From: Octopus vulgaris
Taxonomy: Eukaryota
Direction: 5' to 3'
NCBI GenBank assembly: GCA_951406725.2
Contig: OX597821.1
Location: 71,424,001-71,488,000 of the forward strand
Length of the DNA stretch: 64,000 bases
A program made the translations under genes and the position numbers. Below are positions 14,066 to 27,187 of the stretch, piece after piece. The notes beneath the pieces are model-generated. The model saw only the letters and a program-made list of their open reading frames with translations, was not told where the DNA came from and ran no database searches. Numbering within the stretch: position 1 is the stretch's first letter; every line of letters starts with the position of its first letter.

Positions 14066-14999
14066 TCTTAATGGTAGAATGTAATTTGAGAGACTGGAAA
14101 AGGGGGGAAAGGGGGAGAGGGAGAAAGACCTGGTTGTATTTTCTAGCAGGTCTAGACACCATGTAGAGTGGTTTTCTTTCTCTCTCTCTTCTTTCTCTTT
14201 CTCTCTTCTCTCTCTTTCACTTCTCTCCCTCCTCCTTTTTCTCTATCTATCTTTCCCTCTCTCTCTTTCTTTCTCTCTTCCACTTTTCCTCCCTACCTTC
14301 TTTCTATCGCGCTTTCTCTGTCAAGTGCTAAGAACGATTAAGGTAAAGACAACTCAAAGTAGTGACGAGGTGTGGGGCCTCAGCTTAAAGTAAAGGAAGA
14401 AATTACTCAACGGGTACCGAATACTTTGTTGTTTCCCTCTACATTCCAAATGCACGCCCACACACACACTCACACACACACAAGCACGCACCTTGAACCT
14501 CTTCATTTGTTACTCTTAGACCTTCCTCTCTCTCTTTCTTCTCTTTCCTCTTCTTTCTCACCCTCAACAACTTTCTATTTAATTCTTCCCACTGCTTCTC
14601 ACTCATTAGCAAATACTTATCAAAACCTATTCAGTTTTATCAAAGATTATCCTAGATTCCTTGTAAAAGCTGTGTCTTATGTGTGAGAGATTATGTGTAT
14701 GAGTTTGTGTACGTGTTTCTTTTCATTTTATCACAATAGACAGGCCTCACTCACACTGCTGCCATGCGCTAAAGGTAGCGATTGCTATTATTCCTTTACT
14801 TCACCCCTTCAAATTACATCAAGTGTGTAGCCAAGAGTTCAAAGCACTATTACTAACAGACATCTTACTCCTCTTCCCACTTCCACAAACTTTCAAGCTT
14901 CTTTGCTATTTACTTACAACAATAAACGCCACTTAACACTTCTATACGGATGTACAACAACTGCTTCATGGTAACAAAAAAAAAGAAGAAAAAAAACGA

Positions 15000-15265
15000 T
15001 GAAATCGCGTGGCTTAATGGTGAAAGCGTCGTATTCACGATCGCGAGATCGTGGGTTCAATTCTTGGATCGGGTAGTGTGCTGTGCTCTTGGGCAAAACA
15101 CTTCATTTCAAGTTGCTTCAGTCCGCACTAATTCTGACAAAAACTGAGTACTTAACCTGGCGAGGGGCCGGCGTCCCGTTCAGTGGGTATGTTGTAATCT
15201 TTGTCAGTTGCACACCATAGAAAACGGGTCAAGATCTGACCTTATGAGTCCTGAGGCTCAAGACC
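15000..15265 (+). mobile_element. SINE family C (tRNA head plus CORE-like domain)
   Basis: GCGTGGCTTAATGG A-box, GGTTCAATTC B-box, CTTGGGCAAAACACTTCATTTCA core-like segment; related to 51200-51448. Confidence 0.75.
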
Positions 15266-15320
15266 TAAATCTAAGCAAGTATTGTAAAGGGAGATGAACT
15301 AAGCAACTGAAATTGTTTAT

Positions 15321-15386
<66 letters not shown>

Positions 15387-15659
15387 ATAGAAATAATTTC
15401 AAATTTTACTGCAATTATGTCGCATTTGTTTTGCTATCAACAAAAGTTGTTTGTTTTCCTATTTCATAGTTTCTGGGCGTTTTTCTCAATGCTAACAGAA
15501 AAAACAAACAAACAAGAAAATAAATAAAAGTAAAGCATCTATTTTTAACGCAACGAGTCTTGACTGTACTTAACAGTAGGAACAGAAATTAAGAGACATT
15601 ATTTTCAGCAATGTGGCACGGTCTAGTAAAAAAAACTCAGCATTCGGTGACGCGTAACG

Positions 15660-16059
15660 ATTTCAAATTTTTTGCCACAAGGGTAGCCTGGGTGAGGTGG
15701 GGGTAAGTCGATTACATCGGCCCCAAGTATTTAACTGGTACTTAATTTATCGACCCCGAATGGATGAAAGGCAAAGTCGACGTCAGCAGAATTTGAACCC
15801 AGAACGTACCGACGGGCGAAAATACCTATTTCTTTACTACCCACAAGGGGCTAAACACAGAGGGGACAAACAAGGACAGACAAAGGGATTAAGTCGATTA
15901 CATCGACCCCAGTGCGTAACTGGTACATAATTTATCGACGCCGAAAGAATGAAAGGCAAAGTCGACCTCGGCGGAATTTGAACTCAGAACGTAACGGCTG
16001 ACGAAATACCACTAAGCATTTCGTCCAGCGTGCTAACGTTTCTACCAGCTCGCCACCTT
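15660..16059 (-). mobile_element. Dimeric Meta/MESC-like SINE, near full length
   Basis: Head GGCGAGCTGGTAGAAACGTTAGCACG, then two tandem copies of GAGTTCAAATTCCGCCGAGGTCGACTTTGCCTTTCAT..GTACCAG. Confidence 0.9.
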
Positions 16060-16201
16060 GTGTGATATTTATGATAATTAAAAGGTCTTGTTATTCCTCT
16101 CTGTTTCCGCGTGACATCTATCAACAAAAGTGTTTGTAGGTGAGTAACGACGAAATATTTAACGAGATTGCTCGACAGGGAATTATTATGACTTAACATA
16201 C

Positions 16202-16308
16202 ATGACGCTTTGGAGGAGTCGGCCATCTTGAATGAGTATTTCATCAAGGACAAAATGCAGCCATTCCTCTTCACTTGTAGATGTTCAGTTATCATCACGT
16301 AGCAGATC
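16202..16308 (-). other. Candidate internal exon, 107 nt
   Basis: TTTTGTCTTCTAG| ... |GTATGT; one frame open: ICYVMITEHLQVKRNGCILSLMKYSFKMADSSKAS. Confidence 0.35.
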
Positions 16309-17827
16309 CTAGAAGACAAAACGATATATATCCATCGTGTGACACCAGATAATGAAATGACAGACGTTTTAAAGGATAAGATAGAAATGTTGTTGAGGTG
16401 GTTTTCTCTAAACTAGGCCAACCACGACCGATCATAGCTACGACCAAAGAGATTTCAGCGGTTGCCATCCGTCATTTTGCGTATCCATCACGATATTGCC
16501 ATTTCACAAAACAGTAGTGTGGTTTGACGGAAATTTACCTACTATTTCTTGCAGATCACGCGTTTACGAAAAATTATTGCTGTTTAATCCCAGATTTGAT
16601 TTGATGGAGTAGAACTTTGTGAAAGGCCTTCTGGCCGTGACTATCACTTCTTCCTTCCCATCCGGACATTTCTAAGATTATAGTATCTACCTAGTCGCTT
16701 GATCTATTGGAGTTAGCAGTAACATCTCCCTCAAATCACATCGTTTCCTTTTAAGTTTAGAGACAACGTATGAGGTAATGTAATACTAATGTAATCTGTA
16801 AAAAGTGGTGGCCACAGTTGGAATCGCTATGATCATGAGTATCTCGTTCAAGGTCAACTTGGAACTGCACAATAACAACAACAACAACAACAACAGCAAG
16901 CTCTTATTTTTTAACTGGTTCAATAAACTACCAGTAACAATCATTAACAGTTTAATCAAACTATACCCGAAACAGGGCCATTCAAAATGGGACGACTTCT
17001 TGGGATGGCACCTGACGAGTGGTTTAGATGGCGTTTCCAACAGCAACGTATGAATAACATCAACAACAATAATAATTGTAATTATCAACCAATAATAATT
17101 ATATAGCAAAAATAATAAGAGAAAAAAGAATATCATGTTGATTATTTATTGTTTTTTTTTATCTTTTTCATGTTCTCTTAAACAATGATCAAATGACTTT
17201 GACCAACAAAGTCTGTTGACAGCAGAATATAATAAACTAATTTATATTCCTCTTCAGAAGCTAATTTATATTCCTCTTCATTATAGCTGGTTATGCTTTA
17301 CACTAAAAAAGTGATTTAACTGTGTTGTGTAGTGAGAAACAATTGTTGTCTCAAGATCTACTTCAGTCGAGAAACGCAGATGGCCAGGTTCTCAGAATGC
17401 ATTCTTTAGTACCGTAACATGTTTGTTATGACCGTTAAGTAGAAGAAAAACTGACACATTGTAGTGGTGTATTAAACTTAAAGTTTTCGGTCCCTTCAGT
17501 GATCAGATCTTTCTCTATGATATAGTGACCATATCATATGATCTATGATCATATCCTTTTCTACGATATAATAACCAATAGCATTTACATACGGTCAAAT
17601 ATAACAGAGAAAGATTGCAGCCAGCTGGCAGATTTTAATGACTGGTCTTTATTTATCGATCCAGGATCGATTCAAAAACCCAAACCAATAGTGAAATCAT
17701 TTGCAGTAAATCGCTAAATGAATAAACTCGGAACTAAAAGGAATATAGAAACTACGGGGTACCATAATTTCTGTCACCTCACTCCCAGATTCTAGCACAT
17801 TGTGCCCTGACACAAAGTGTCACATAG

Positions 17828-17993
17828 AGGCGCAAGAGTGACTGTGTCGTAAGAAGCTTGCTTCCCAACTACATGGTTCCGGGTTCAGTCCCACTGCGTG
17901 GCACCTTGGGCAAGTGTCTTCTACTGTAGCCTAGGGCCGACCAAAGCCTTGTGAGTGGATTTGGTAGACGGAAACTGAAAGAAGCCCGTCGTA

Positions 17994-18029
<36 letters not shown>

Positions 18030-18255
18030 CGTGTGCGTGTGCGTGTGCGTGTGTGTGTGTTCGTGTGCGTGTGCGTGTGCGTGTGTGCGTGTGTGTGTGT
18101 CCCCTCCATCGCTTGACAACCGATGTTGGTGTGTTTACGTCCCCGTAACTTAGCGGTTCGGCAAACTAGGCTTACAAAGAATAATCCCTGGAATCGATTT
18201 GTTCGACTGAAGGGTGTGCTCCAGCATGGCCGCAGTCAAATGACTGAATATAAAA
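17828..18255 (+). mobile_element. SINE family A (tRNA-derived, CORE-like), near full length
   Basis: A-box/B-box head (GGGTTCAGTCCC), GGCACCTTGGGCAAGTGTCTT resembling the MIR CORE start, internal (TG)n, 3' CCAGCATGGCCGCAGTC. Confidence 0.9.
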
Positions 18256-18317
18256 CTTCAGCTATTCTGCTATTATGTAGCACGTGTTCAATGATTAAAA
18301 CAGCCTTGAAATAGATG

Positions 18318-18530
18318 AAGCTGTGTAAGTAAGAAGTTCTCTTTGCAGTCACGTGATTTTGGATACAGTCCCACTTAAGCAAACCCCTTCTACTGTAGAT
18401 TAGGGCCGATAAATGCCTTATGAGTGAATTTGGTAGAAGGAAATTGTGTGGAAGCCCGTCCTATATACGTCGATATGTTTGTCTTTTTGTACACCAACAT
18501 CGCTTAACAACCGGTGTTGGCTCATTTATA
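18318..18530 (+). mobile_element. SINE family A, degenerate
   Basis: CAGTCCCAC..TTCTACTGTAG..TGAGTGAATTTGGTAGA..GAAGCCCGTC. Confidence 0.7.
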
Positions 18531-18777
18531 TTCGGTATACGAATGTTATATTATCCTCTCCATCAACTGTATTTTGTTATTGGCGGTGCTACCATTTCCA
18601 AGGGAGTTTTTCCCCAACATCGAAAACTTAAAAGACTCTTAATATCACAATATAGTATATCTGTAGGTGCACAGGATCTTCAGACAAGTCATAACTTGAT
18701 TTTAATTACGATTAGTCTCTGCCATGGTAATGAGTAGTCTATTTAACCGGTAGTTGATACTAAATATATGTACATAT

Positions 18778-20424
18778 AAGTATGTATGTATGTATGTATG
18801 TATGTATGTATGTATGTATGTATGTATGTATGTATGTATGTATGTGTACATGCATGTATGTATGTATGTATGTATGTATGTATGTATGTATGTATGTATG
18901 TATGCATGCATGCATGCATGTATGTATGTATACATGTATGTATGTATGTATGTATGTATGTGTGTATGCATGTATGCATGTATGTATGTATGTGCGTATG
19001 TATTATGTATGTATGTATATATGTATGTATGTATGTGTGTGCATGTATGTATGTATTAATGTATATATGTATGTATGTACGTGTGTATGTATGTGTGTAT
19101 GTATGTATGTATAAATGTATGTGTGGATGTATGTATGTATGTATGCATGTATGTATGTGTGTGTATGTATGTATGTATTAATGTATATATATGCATGTAT
19201 GTATGTATGTATGTATGTATGTATATATGCATGTATGTATGTATGTATGTATGCATGCATGTATGTATGTATGTATGTATGCATGTATGTATGCATGTAT
19301 GTATGTATGTGTGTATGTATTATGTAAGTATGTATATATGTATGTATGTATGTGTGTATGTATGTGTGTATGTATGTATGTATGTATGTATGTATGTATG
19401 TATGTATGTGTGTATGTATGTATGTATCTGCGAGAAATTTGGAGAAGAATGTTGCGATCAACGAGAAGGTCGTGTGCACGATTTGTGATAAAACTATGTA
19501 CACTCACACACACACATATATATATGCATACATACACATGTGTACGTAAATACAAACATACATACATAGAGGCATACTCGTGCACATTTGTAGATATTGT
19601 GTGTATGTATGTATGTATGTATGTATGTATGTATGTATGTATGTATGTATGTATGTATGTATGTATGTATGTATGTACATGTTTGTGTTCATCGCCCTAA
19701 TAGCCGAAAATCCTTTCAACAGTGTATGCTTTCGTTGCATGGATCCTGTTTGTCTTTCTCGCTTACTTGACTTCGGTCTTTCACCGAAATGAACCAAAGG
19801 CTTCGTCCTGACTGCACAGACAACGCTTATCGTCATTCGACGGTAATCAAAGACGAATGAGAAATATTGTGGCTATTTAAGTAAGATTATATGCAAAACA
19901 AATCTTGGTAGAAGTAGAAACCATTTTCCCCCCCTCACCAATGTTATAATGTATTCACACTCACACACATACTGTACACGCATGCGTGAACTCACAATTA
20001 TACATATATAGGTAAAGTAAAAATAATGCGACGCAGTATACACGGAATAATATATAAACAAAGCACGCTGGGTTGCATACTTATTGAATATTATATACAC
20101 TTGCGTTATGGTGACCAGCTGACCGAATCGTTACCACGCATCGGGCAAAGCGTTCAGCTTCATTTTTATTGGAGCAACAACATGGCTAACTTGAGATCTT
20201 GGGGAGAGAACATGAATCTTTAATTCATACACCATAAATGATCATGAAATTTAGAAGTATAAAAGTCTGCAAAAACCTTCTTATGAGTTAAAGGACGACG
20301 GTTAAAAGAAGAGGCTTTCCTTCACAACCTTGCTTTGAAGCAGGTCAAAAGTTACTTTGAATTAAAAAGAGAAAGATAAGTTCATACATACGTATATATA
20401 CACATACATACATACATACATACG

Positions 20425-20456
<32 letters not shown>

Positions 20457-20492
20457 CACATACATACAAATACACATATATACATACATACA

Positions 20493-20528
<36 letters not shown>

Positions 20529-20755
20529 CACATATATACATACATATATACATATACACATACATACATACATGCATGCATACATACATATATACATACA
20601 TACATACATACATATATACATACACATACATACACATACATACATACATATATATACACCTACATACTTACATGCATACATACATGCATACATGCATACA
20701 TACATACATGCATACATACATATATATATATATACATACATACATACATACACAC

Positions 20756-20786
<31 letters not shown>

Positions 20787-20848
20787 CAGATACATACATA
20801 AACACACATACATACATACATTCATACATACATACATACATACATACA

Positions 20849-20884
<36 letters not shown>

Positions 20885-21012
20885 TATATATACATACATA
20901 TATTCATATACACGTACATACATACAAACATATATATACATATATACACTGGCATACATACATACATACTTTCATACATACATACATACATACATACATA
21001 CATGCATACATA
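18778..21012. repeat. Long (TATG)n arrays (18778-19425, 19600-19677) facing a (CATA)n array (20383-21012)
   Basis: Direct reading. Confidence 0.95.
19767..19811 (-). other. Candidate micro-exon, 45 nt
   Basis: TTGTCTGTGCAG| TCAGGAC...GAAGTCAA |GTAAGC in a unique island between microsatellites. Confidence 0.35.
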
Positions 21013-21789
21013 ACTACACGCGAATATCTTCATTTCATTTTATTCTAATAAGATCTTCATTGGTTTCAGTCACTCGATTTCAGTTGTGTTGGGGAACATA
21101 ATCTGGTGACATACGGGAAGCGTTGATGGCTGCAACGGAACTGTTGTTTCCCACCAACTGTCTCTCTCTTCTGAAAATTTGACATTAAGCAAATGTACTT
21201 GGACAGCCAGTCCGACACCCCATCTCAGTGCTATACATTTGAATTACCTTTGGAACCAAACAAATAAGGATTATGACTGGTGTTGTACATTCAATCCTTA
21301 ATATGACACCGAATTTACATTTTTCATTTGGTGCATTGTCTTCAAATATCTAGTAGTCTTTGCCAATTGTCACTTTAACACAGAACTGTCAGTGAGATTG
21401 ATGCGTAGATGATTGAAGAGGTCAAACCGCGTATATATCAGAAACGTTGGCAGGTATATATGCCAAGCAATAAATGAGGTGGGGGTGTCGAAGACGATTT
21501 GTTTTTCTTGGCTTACAGCATTTGTTCCCCTCACATAACTTAAAACTTTTACCTGCTGCTGTGACGGTTTAGCGCCTCGTGAGTTCTGATCGAGAAGATC
21601 TATTAGGAAAAAAACAATAGGGTTATGAATAATGGTATTCTTATGGTGATGGTAGGGGCAGTGGTAGACGCGCTATGTCAGAGTATATCTAGGGCTACGT
21701 CATCCAGTGTTTCTTTTTAAGACCGTCAAGAGATTGAGTAGTGAGAAGGAATAGGGCAAATGACAACACTGAGAAATCCTACTTAGTTC

Positions 21790-21837
<48 letters not shown>

Positions 21838-22029
21838 CAAATAAATATCTGTAAATATAAAACCAACCGAACTTCTGAGTACCTCATGTCTTCTAATATA
21901 TAATATAAAATACCTGTGCATCATCTCCAAACCTTCCAATATATATATATATATATATCAGTATATGTATGTTTACTTTAATTAATCAGTCAAATTAGAA
22001 AAAAATGACCTGCCCCGACACAACGAGAA

Positions 22030-22262
22030 GTGGAGACACGTGGCTTAGTAGTTTCGCTCTTGTACTTACGATTATAAGGACACAGTTTCGATTCCTGGAT
22101 AGGGCAATGTTTTGTATTGAACATAACAATTCATTTCACATTGCTCCAGTCCATTCGACAGTAAATGAGTGACTCTTCAACAGATCAGCATCCAGTTCAG
22201 TGATTTTGTATTATTACACGCCATGGAAACCGGGTAACCAGATTTACAAAGCTCTGAGAAAC
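22030..22262 (+). mobile_element. SINE family C
   Basis: GTGGCTTAGTAG, GTTTCGATTCCTGGA, TTCATTTCACATTGCTCCAGTCC. Confidence 0.75.
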
Positions 22263-22542
22263 GTAATAAAGCAACTATAAGTGTAACGGGAGAGATTTTG
22301 TAAGGTGAATCAAGGCATCTCTCATCCCCACTCCGAGGGAGGATATTCTCAAACATTCAAGAGGGCTGAGAGTTGTTTACTTTTTTAGGTGCTCCGGACC
22401 GATTTAAGGGTTGAGCTCCCTTTAATAGGCCGTGAAGATATACGTAAGGTCATCGGGATTCATGTCAAGAAACCACGATTCATGAATTTATTTATATATA
22501 TATATACACACACATACACACACACACATATATATATATATA

Positions 22543-23264
22543 TGTTGTGGTGAATAAACTGTTGTCTAAATTACGTAAAAAATTAAAATAACATTGACAT
22601 CTCATTTTAACAGATATATTTACTAAAATTACTTTAAAATATCTTGAAATACTAAATAGTAAATTTGTTTAATAAAATCGCCTTTGACTTCTACTCCGGC
22701 CTGAAGGCGACTTCGGAAGCTCCTGCAACTATTCTGGACGGTTTAAGATGTACATGCCACCATAATCCTTGCCTTCAGTTCATCTTTGGTGGTACAAGTA
22801 GTGTTGTTGGTCTCTCGCTCAACTGCGCCCTACACATAATAATCAAGGGGGTTGCAGTATGGGAAGTGAGGTGGCCAGATGTTAGGGATGATGTGGTCGC
22901 AGAAATTGTCTGATAGCCATGACTGGGTTCTCCTGCTTCTGTGGCATGGTGCAGAGTCACCACCCAGCGCAGCACTGCCTCCTCTAGGCTCTTGATGTAG
23001 GCCTCCGCGCTGAGTGTGAGGCCGTGTGAGAAGATGAATGGAGACATAACATCGCCATCACTAGTGATCACTCCAAACACCATGATGTTGACTGGATGTT
23101 TGGTTTTTATCAATATCGGTACATGTATTGCGTTATGGTGCTGCTTTTCTCACAGACAGTGCCTAAGTGACTCTACTATACTGTCTAGTCGACAAAATCA
23201 AAAACGAGATACTCATACACAAAATAAAAAATGCAAAATGACAAAATTTACCCATCACACCCTG
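22543..23264 (-). mobile_element. Internally deleted Tc1/mariner DD37D (maT) transposon
   Basis: KTKHPVNIMVFGVITSDG...; DSAPCHRSRRTQSWLSDNFCDHIIPNIWPPHFPYCNPLDY has 37 residues between the two D; TIR TA|CAGGGTGTGATGGGTAAATT at 23264, degenerate partner near 22543; frameshift and stop present. Confidence 0.9.
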
Positions 23265-23265
23265 T

Positions 23266-23322
<57 letters not shown>

Positions 23323-23397
23323 CATACATACATACATACATACATACATACATACATACATACACACATACACACACACACACACACACACATATAC

Positions 23398-23429
<32 letters not shown>

Positions 23430-23808
23430 GTATGCATGTATGTATGTATATATATGTTTACGTATATGCAATGCATTGGCAAAATCTTGTGGGTAGCAGC
23501 TGAATAGAGATAAAAAATCTCTAACATTCTTTAATTGTGCCTAATCTTTGTTAAAAACGTCTAGAATTGATTGACAGATCAAAGAAGCAAACGCTAGAAT
23601 AGAGATATTAATGGCGCATAAATTTATTTTGTTCCTTTCTTAAACACAACACTTAAATATGCAAAAACATTTGTTTCCCTGTTTAGTCATGTGATCACTT
23701 AATTTTCTTTCTTTATTTTATAATTATATTTTGACGGAAACAGACGCTTCTATTTGTCAGGATGTCGTAACCTACATGGAATATATGATTGATTACATGT
23801 ACACGAAT

Positions 23809-23839
<31 letters not shown>

Positions 23840-23978
23840 TATGTCTACATCTCTCTCTCTCTCTCTCTCCCTCTCTCTTTTCTGACGCCTATTTCGCATT
23901 TTCTTGTTTCACGTTCTTTCATTTATTTTCTTCTTCTTTTCTTTTTGACCTGACTTTGTCTCTCATCTATCCTCTCTT

Positions 23979-24034
<56 letters not shown>

Positions 24035-24369
24035 ACTCTCTCTCTCACGTAGACAAATACTCACACAAACACACGCACACACACACACACACACACTGTG
24101 TCTGTCTGTTTTTTCTGTCGAAATCATTTCTGTTCCTCAAGTGTGTTGATATGTTTATTCGGTAAAACCTCACGTTTCTCTCTCTCCAAGTTATATTGCG
24201 TCTTCTCTTTTTCTCATCTTTGGCACTGTCTGTCTATCTTTCTGTCTATCTATCTACCTATCTCCCCCTTTCTCTCCACCTCTCTCTCACGATCTCTCTC
24301 CCTAAAATGCATATATGTATATATATAAGTATGCGTGTATGTGTGTGTTTGTGTGAGTGTGTATGTATG

Positions 24370-24540
24370 TCATTACTGAATTTATTTCAAGATTTCTTGC
24401 CAATAGAGAAAGAACCGGTTTCTAACCTAGATTCAAAGCTCCTTCATTGGAATTTCGACATCAGCAATAAGGGATTTTTGTTTGTCTGTATGTGCAGATT
24501 TGTATGTTTTATGTATGTATTCTCATTCATATACTTGCAT
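24370..24540. repeat. Unclassified dispersed repeat; second copy at 43438-43800
   Basis: TTATTTCAAGATTTCTTGCCAATAGAGAAAGAACCGGTTTCTAACCTAGAT shared exactly between the two sites. Confidence 0.85.
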
Positions 24541-24796
24541 GTATGTATGTATGTATGTATGTATGTATGTATGTATGTATGTATGTATGTATGTATGTAT
24601 GTATGTATGTATGTATGTATGTATGTATGTATGTATGTATGTATGTACGTACGTACGTACGTATGTATGTATGTATGTATGTATGTATGTATGTATGCAT
24701 GTATGTATGTATGTATGTATGTGTGTATATCTGTCTATCTGAATGTCTCTGACGAAGCAATAGTCTTGAAACATGACACCTTCATAGCAAACTCAC

Positions 24797-24895
24797 CAAC
24801 TGCTCGATATAATTCTGCCTGGTGCAGATCGCCACCAACTCCCACCAACTTCCGTTGTAAAAATGAGTCATCGTAGCAATACGCCGATGAACCAT
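24797..24895 (-). other. Candidate first exon segment with short ORF or uORF
   Basis: GCAATGG start context, MVHRRIATMTHFYNGSWWELVAICTRQNYIEQL, then a consensus donor G|GTGAGT. Confidence 0.35.
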
Positions 24896-25489
24896 TGCGG
24901 TAATCTGCTACAGCACCAATGTGTCAATGTGACTCTCTGTCGCCTATGTCAATGTGCCACAGGGCCGACAGAACAATTCGATGGCACTCTGGCAATGTGC
25001 AAAGTTGCAAGGTGCTAATGGATGCAATGTGTCCTTGCAGTCATGCGCCGGTGTAATACTCTGACGTCGTGTCAATGGACCACAAGTTTTAGAGTTAACT
25101 CATCGCCCGTTTGAACGCCCCACGACCCTGTTTCGGCGTTTTTCTCATTTGACAATATCGTCCAAGTTCTCTGTTTGACCATACTTTCCTCTAATTTCTT
25201 TATATTCTAGAGATACTGAAAAGGTTAAGGGCACAGGAATTCCTTTTAGACTAAACAAAAACAAAAGACTTAACAAATGTATCAACACTGAGCTGTTGGA
25301 TTAATGTAACGCTATAATTGTGCCGCTTGGCAAACGAACCAATGTGACATTGTGCCGCGATCCATCGTGTGTCATTGTGCAAATATGAGAAACATTATTG
25401 GAACCAGTTTTGGTGACGACGTTGCTGGTGCTGGTTATGATATTTCTGGTAACGGGAACGGTTCTATTGACTTTTAGGGTTGTTGCGGT

Positions 25490-25626
25490 GGTTGTAGGTG
25501 GTGGTGGTGGTGGTGGTGGTAGTTCTGGTTGTGCTGACGGCTGTGGCATTCGTGTTTATTACGACGAAGCTGATGGTTGATGGCGAAGTGTAAGAAGAGA
25601 AAGATCAACATCAGCAGCAAGATGGC

Positions 25627-25664
<38 letters not shown>

Positions 25665-25974
25665 CGGTGGTGGTAGTGGTTGTGGTTGTGGTGGTGGTGG
25701 TGATGAGGATGACGACGTTGGTGATTTAGAAATATTTGAAAAGAATGAACAAAGAGCAGACCGAATAATAGGGGGGAACAGATGTAAGTAGGGATTGGTG
25801 TCTGTTTAAAATTGAATGATGGGGAGGAGGAGGAGAGAAAAGCGAGGAAAAAGGATATCGGCAACAGCAGCAACAACAACAACAACAAAGAACGGATGAT
25901 GTGGAAGAAATAATAAAGATTTAAAGATGGGGTCAGTGTGGAGAAGAACAGGGAAGGGTGTATGGCAGAAGATG

Positions 25975-26009
<35 letters not shown>

Positions 26010-26012
26010 GTA

Positions 26013-26068
<56 letters not shown>

Positions 26069-26307
26069 GGTGGTGGTGGTGGTGGTGGTGATGGTGGTGG
26101 TTTTAGTAGTAGTAGTTGTAGTAGTAGTAGTAGTAGTAGCAGCAGCAGTAGTTGTTGTAGTAGTAGTAGTAGTAGTGGTGATGGTGGTGGTAGTAGTATT
26201 GGTGGTAGTGGTGGTGGTGGTGGTGGTGGTGGCGGCGGCGGTGTTGGTAGCAGCAGTCGTATTTGTCCGAGCAATAGTACTTGTAGTAGTAGTAGTAGTT
26301 GTAGTAA

Positions 26308-26358
<51 letters not shown>

Positions 26359-26747
26359 CAGTAGTAGTAGAGAAGAAGGGGAGAGGAGAGGCTTTAGTGC
26401 ATGGACGGTAAATGAATGAGGAGAGAAAGGAGGAGAGGGGCCAAAGGATGGAGGGTTAAAAGAGCAGAGAAAGAAAGGTTTCATGGGAGATGATGCAAGC
26501 GATGAAGAAAGCGACGGGGAGAGAGAGAGAGAGAGAGAAGGGGAGGGCTATAGAGGGAGAGAGAGAGAGAGAAAGAGAGGGCGAGAGAGAGAAGAAGGGA
26601 GAGGGAGGGAGAGCAAGGACGTCACAAATGATGAAGTGTTTGTCGTCCATTCAATCATTTTTGTTTCTGTTGTCGCTGCAGTGGAGAACCAACAATTTTT
26701 TTTGTTTGGTTTGAAAAAAATATGTTAATGTGTTTTTATTATTATTA

Positions 26748-26827
<80 letters not shown>

Positions 26828-26830
26828 TTG
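25490..26830. repeat. Compound trinucleotide and GA-rich tract: (GGT)n, (GAT)n, (GCA)n, (GTA)n, (GA)n, (TAT)n
   Basis: Direct reading. Confidence 0.9.
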
Positions 26831-27187
26831 ATTTTTCTATTTATTTTTTCTTTTAATGATTCGATTAATTTTCCTTTTTTTATTCGAAAATATTTTTTGG
26901 AACATTTGTCAATGGCTGTGTGCTGCCAGACAGGAGTGTCATGATTTATTTGTTGCGAGTCTGTGTCATTTCATAAAATGTCTCAATCCAAGGATTTTAA
27001 ATAAAATATAAAACATCTCGAGTAATTAATCTTCAACGTCAACCCAGAAAATGTTATGTAAACGAGACAAAAGTCAATAAATTTGCATGAAAGAACAGCC
27101 TAATTATCTTCCAACCACATCTAACAAAGGAAAATATTTTATTGGATAAATTAATTCAGTCCTAGATACACTGGACCTGGAACAATT

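Noticed and set aside
16202-16308. Selenocysteine read-through in DLLRDDN*TSTSEEEWLHFVLDEILIQDGRLLQSV
   Set aside because: No redox motif or recognisable selenoprotein similarity, no SECIS identified, and another frame is fully open
17236-17281. Short tandem duplications (also 45735-45760 and 49618-49650)
   Set aside because: Ordinary 12-20 bp slippage products with no further structure
24746-24775. Further hammerhead-like remnants (also near 5093, 27298, 34185, 36830, 39920, 45894, 46725)
   Set aside because: Core or stems are too decayed or incomplete to call; left out of the covariation argument
25301-25888. His/Pro-rich or transmembrane-like ORFs on the minus strand
   Set aside because: Composition comes from trinucleotide repeats, every frame is broken by stops, and no convincing splice sites rescue them
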